IMG/VR virus record: IMGVR_UViG_3300042898_006838
Coordinates: 91,933 to 155,932 of that record
DNA length: 64,000 bases
Strand: one strand, 5' to 3'
Source: a virus
The translations under genes were made by a program, and so were the position numbers. This document shows positions 60,372 to 64,000 of this stretch, in pieces. The notes under the pieces were generated by a model. It was not told the origin of the DNA, ran no database searches, and was given only the letters and a program-made list of their open reading frames with translations. How positions within the stretch are numbered: position 1 is the stretch's first letter; each line of letters begins with the position of its first letter.

Positions 60372-61673
60372 GACAATCTCACGCCAGAATCGACGCCGGC
60401 ATCGTATGCCGCTGTCTTGTCCCGCCGGTGCCTGTATGCGACCGTCAGCCCCGCTAACGGCAGGGCCAGGCTGGCCGCGGCTGCGGGGAGTGAATCCTTC
60501 TTCTTCACGAACATGCTCGCAGCCCGTGCGGCCAGGCTCGCGCCCGTGACGGCGGCGGCACCTTGGATCAGGCGCTTCTCGCCCTTCTTCAGCTTCTCCG
60601 CCGTCTTCGTGCTCGCCGGCTCGTCACCCGGCTTTGCGGGTTGAGGGTCTTCGGTGACGGGCGGGTTGTTTTCCGGCGGCGACATGGGCAGCGAACCGCC
60701 CTGCTGTGAGGGCAGAAAGAAGCGCTTCCGCTTCTTTTTTCTCCTGACCTCTTCGACACTCATCGTCGCCGCTTCTTCTTCAGAGCCCCGTGAGCCATGC
60801 TGCCCAGGGCCGCGAGACCGGATGCCAGCGCCGCGCCCTCGACGGGCTTGTCAAAGTAGGCAGAGCCGATGCCGGCGCCAATGCCGCCAGCCACGCCCAT
60901 CAGCGCCTCCGGTCCGGCGGCGCGCCTGAATTTCGAGCCGCGGCTCTCAGCCGCCAGCTTCACGCCGTCGGCGGCGCCGATGTCGAAGGCCTGAGAGCTC
61001 ATCGATAGGCCATCGCCGACATCATCTCCTGATGGCGGTTTTCTTTGGCCGCATTCTCCAGGTAGCGCTTGCGCTCCTTCGGCGACATCTTGTCCATCTT
61101 CTTCGCGAGCTGAGTACGGCCGTGACCCTTGATCACGCCGCCGAGGGCTCCGAGGGCTCCGAGGGTGCCGGCGCCAACGGCGGCTCCGATCAGCGCGCCT
61201 TTACCGGCCTTGGACTTTCCCATGCCCTTGCGGACACTGGAGCCGAGAGCAGCGCCGTATCCAGCACCGGCGAGACCGCCGAGAGCCGCACTGCCAGCGC
61301 CGTAGCGAGCACCGGTACGAGCCGTCTCTGCGCCGTAGTCACCCTTGGCCCGTTCCTTGTGGCCAGAGACTGCCTTCTGGATCTCTTCCTCGTGGCTGTC
61401 GGCGCTGGGGAGAATACGGAAGTTACGAACGTCGATGGCAGCCAGTTTCATGCCCTCGCCAACGCCGATGTCGAATGCCAGCTTGTCCATATTCATCCTC
61501 CGGGCTTTTTTTAGCCCATGTTCACTGTCTTGAAAGATTCCAGCGACCTTCTCAGGCAACTTCTTGCCCTTCGGGGTCTCACGCTGCCAGCGCCGGGCCG
61601 TGCCCTCGGGGACTTCCCCTCGGGCCTCGGCTGCGAACATGAAACGACGCTGGGCCTGGCTCTTGAACGGCAT
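60365..61673 (-). other. three putative virion proteins (60365-60763, 60760-61002, 60999-61673)
   Basis: Shared AFDIGxxxGxKLAA / AYDAGxxxG motif, glycine-zipper-like segments, N-terminal MPFKSQAQRRFM. Confidence 0.55.
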
Positions 61674-61685
61674 CAGCGACCTCGA

Positions 61686-62291
61686 TCAGGCTTGGAGTTG
61701 ACCACCGAGAACCATCAGCACCGTGACTTCGAATTCTCCGGCCTTGCCCTTGCTCGCCGAGAGCTCCAGGTCCTGCAGGACCTCGGCGCCGAGCATCGAC
61801 ACCGTCTGACCCGTACCGCTGACGAAGTCGCCGGCGGCGTTGTCGTAGTTGACGCTGGTGGCGCTGTTGCGGACGGTGATGGTCTTCTCCAGGGCGCCGA
61901 TGCGCAGCTTGCGGCCAACGTCCTCGGCCTCGAAGGCCATGGTGGCGCTGGTCAGCACGCCCGGGGCCGTGGTCACGGCGTCGGCGACGGTCTTGAAGAC
62001 GCTGGCGGCGAGGGCGGCGTCGATCGCGGCCTGGCACTCGGCAAGGCTTCCGCTTTCACGGGCCACGACGTGCTCCAGGTCTCCGAACTTGGAGACGGGG
62101 GCAAGCTGACCGCCGTGGGCCAGGGCGAGCATGACGCCCGGGTCACTGTCAGCCTCCTTGAAGCTGGACATCGCCGATGCTCGTTGGCTGGTGAGGAGAG
62201 CGGCTCCGGCGCCGGCCTTGTAAGCCGCGAGCTCGGTGGCGAGGGTGGCGAGGGACGCGTCTTGCAGCAACTTCACCTTGATCAAGGGCAT
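61686..62291 (-). CDS. putative structural protein, paralog of 55002-55937
   Basis: Shared AxD.ALA..V..TV..GR..R.G....IT..VS(M/L)LGAE segment. Confidence 0.6.
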   Translation of the reverse strand: MPLIKVKLLQDASLATLATELAAYKAGAGAALLTSQRASAMSSFKEADSDPGVMLALAHGGQLAPVSKFGDLEHVVARESGSLAECQAAIDAALAASVFKTVADAVTTAPGVLTSATMAFEAEDVGRKLRIGALEKTITVRNSATSVNYDNAAGDFVSGTGQTVSMLGAEVLQDLELSASKGKAGEFEVTVLMVLGGQLQA

Positions 62292-62312
62292 GTCATCTTC
62301 TCCATGCCGCGC

Positions 62313-62741
62313 TCAAGGCGGCGTTAGGTCTTCGGCCGCACCAGATGCGGCTTTCAGGAAAATCTTTCCGATCGTGACGGTATATTGCCCGCCGGCCGCT
62401 GGGAAGACCTTGACGTCATAGACGTAGGATCCAGCAGGAAGCCACTTGGTGTCCTGGCTCTGAAGCTTGATCAGGAACTGGCCCTTGGTCGTCCCGGTTT
62501 GCGGCAGGATCTCGACTTCACTGGCGTCGTCACTGGTCTTGACGACCAACGCCGGAGTCGGCGGCTGGAGCTTGTTATCCTCTGGAGAAAACTTCATCGT
62601 GAACCGGACTGCGGCGCCAGACAGGTTGACGGGGACGGGCTCCGGGTTGTCGCCAGTCGACGGAGGTCTAACGGTCACGCGGTAGACGACACTGTCCCCG
62701 CGCACCAGGTTTTTTTCTATCGTCGCTGGACCGTAGGTCAC
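62313..62741 (-). CDS. BppU-N-like baseplate/Ig-like protein
   Basis: RGDS..PVNLSGA.VRFT.K..G.F.I.L...DT..L..G.YVYDV. Confidence 0.6.
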   Translation of the reverse strand: MTYGPATIEKNLVRGDSVVYRVTVRPPSTGDNPEPVPVNLSGAAVRFTMKFSPEDNKLQPPTPALVVKTSDDASEVEILPQTGTTKGQFLIKLQSQDTKWLPAGSYVYDVKVFPAAGGQYTVTIGKIFLKAASGAAEDLTPP

Positions 62742-62919
62742 TCGATTGTCCCGGTAGTCATGATTCCATCTACCACACCCTCAAAGCCCTGTATCACGCC
62801 CTCAAGATCCTGAACCACTTGGATCCCGACGACCAGGCGCTCGACGACGACCACGGGCTCACGCAGGCTGCTGAGGCTCAGCACCAGGTAGTCATGCTGC
62901 AGGGGCAGGATGGCGGTGC

Positions 62920-63513
62920 TCATACCGTGGTCATGAAGCCGCGGCGTCCGACGACGACGCCGCAGGACGTGGTGATGGAGATGTGAACGGAATACAACCT
63001 GTCGGCGACGAGACCCGGCGAGGTCTTCGTCATTCGAAACATGCCCTGGTTGTCTGGAGCAACGTCGCTGGCCGTGAACAAGACACTGTCGTCGGCGTCG
63101 TAGACACTGATAACCGCGGAAGCCACCGTCGGCGGAGGCACGGGCCGGCCGTTGCGGTTGAGGCTGACGTCGATGCGCAGGGTAGAAGACTGATAGTCGT
63201 ACGCCACGCCCATGACCGGCGGATCCCACTCACCGACGCGGATGGTGTCAATAGACCGCTCGTAGTCCGACTCCGTGGTCATGGCCATGTCATTGAACAG
63301 CCGGTAGACGGCAAAGTATCCGCCGGGACACGGAGGAAGCCACTCGGCGCTGTACAGTCCCAGGCTCACGTGGCTCAGGCTCAAGACGTCAATTGGGACA
63401 CTTCCACCAGACTCGTTGAAGATGGAGGCGGTTGGAAACACTGTCCCGACGCCGTCGGTCAGCTGCAGCCCCAGCTGCACCGTGTCACCTGGCAGGGAGT
63501 TGATTACAGACAC
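62920..63513 (-). CDS. putative structural protein
   Basis: Beta-rich ORF in the structural region. Confidence 0.5.
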   Translation of the reverse strand: MSVINSLPGDTVQLGLQLTDGVGTVFPTASIFNESGGSVPIDVLSLSHVSLGLYSAEWLPPCPGGYFAVYRLFNDMAMTTESDYERSIDTIRVGEWDPPVMGVAYDYQSSTLRIDVSLNRNGRPVPPPTVASAVISVYDADDSVLFTASDVAPDNQGMFRMTKTSPGLVADRLYSVHISITTSCGVVVGRRGFMTTV

Positions 63514-63519
63514 GGCCTG

Positions 63520-63927
63520 TCACCATCTTCCCGCGGCCAGGGCCGCCGCTGTCGGGAAGAACAAGATCTTGCTGTTCTCGCCTCGCTCTCGACGCCTGGC
63601 CCTGACCGCGGAGATGGCGTCCTTCAGCTCCTGGCTGCCGGCTTCCACCTGGTCGATTTTCTCCTGCAGGACATCGAGCTCGGCGTGAATCTCGCGACCG
63701 CAGCGCATCTCGCCCTGGATCTTCATTGCCAGCAACAGGTCCTTGTCGCTGACATAGTCGAGATGGCGAAGAATAGAGCCAAGCAGCGCCTCATTGAAAT
63801 GAGACTGTTGACCCAGGGCCTTGTGAAGCTGTTCCCTGGTCAGGCGGCCCAGGCGCATAAGCACGTTGCCGATGCTGCTTGGGTCATCAATCGGATGCTG
63901 GCTCGGCTTTTCTTTATTCTTCCTCAT
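63520..63927 (-). CDS. MshEN-like (c-di-GMP-binding-type) domain protein
   Basis: IGNVLMRLGRLTREQLHKALGQQ..LLGSILRHLDYVSDKDLLLAMKIQ resembles the tandem RLGxxLxxxGxxxxxxLxxxLxxQ motif. Confidence 0.65.
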   Translation of the reverse strand: MRKNKEKPSQHPIDDPSSIGNVLMRLGRLTREQLHKALGQQSHFNEALLGSILRHLDYVSDKDLLLAMKIQGEMRCGREIHAELDVLQEKIDQVEAGSQELKDAISAVRARRRERGENSKILFFPTAAALAAGRW

Positions 63928-64000
63928 CAGCCCTCCAGTAACTTGACGGCCGCCACCAGCTGCTTCTGGTTCTCGTTGACGACTGTAAGAACTTCGACTT

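Noticed and set aside
1-64000. tRNA/rRNA genes, integrase, transposase, DNA polymerase, major capsid or terminase
   Set aside because: None recognised in this window by eye; tRNAscan and HMM searches would be needed to exclude them.

Overview
This is a GC-rich segment of a large (jumbo-type) dsDNA phage genome, with genes mostly on the minus strand. It contains a replication/recombination module (PD-(D/E)xK exonuclease, DinG-like and SNF2 helicases, SSB, beta-clamp, DEDDh exonuclease, Prim-Pol/VapE-type primase-helicase), nucleotide metabolism genes (dcd, class II RNR, thyX, dNK, orn), many small accessory ORFs, lysis-type genes and the start of a virion-protein region. The main finding is a phage-encoded retron-type reverse transcriptase (13157-14173; NAxxH, YADD and VTG motifs) with no room for a canonical upstream ncRNA. 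Instead there are two tandem arrays (9603-10024, 3 units; 22513-23141, 4 units) of retron-like msr-msd cassettes. Each unit has its own short inverted-repeat arms closed by a G:G pair (candidate branching G), a conserved GGCG-AGN-CGCC hairpin and a different long hairpin payload, suggesting one RT making up to seven distinct msDNAs. Other recurring patterns are a GG(G)CATAAC promoter-like motif, a shared near-C-terminal peptide TT(I/L)(D/E)EMxx(A/S) in unrelated small proteins, and an FxxGxxxGxxKxA motif in putative virion proteins, one of which carries a RelA/SpoT-like domain. All calls come from reading the sequence by eye; no searches or folding programs were run.
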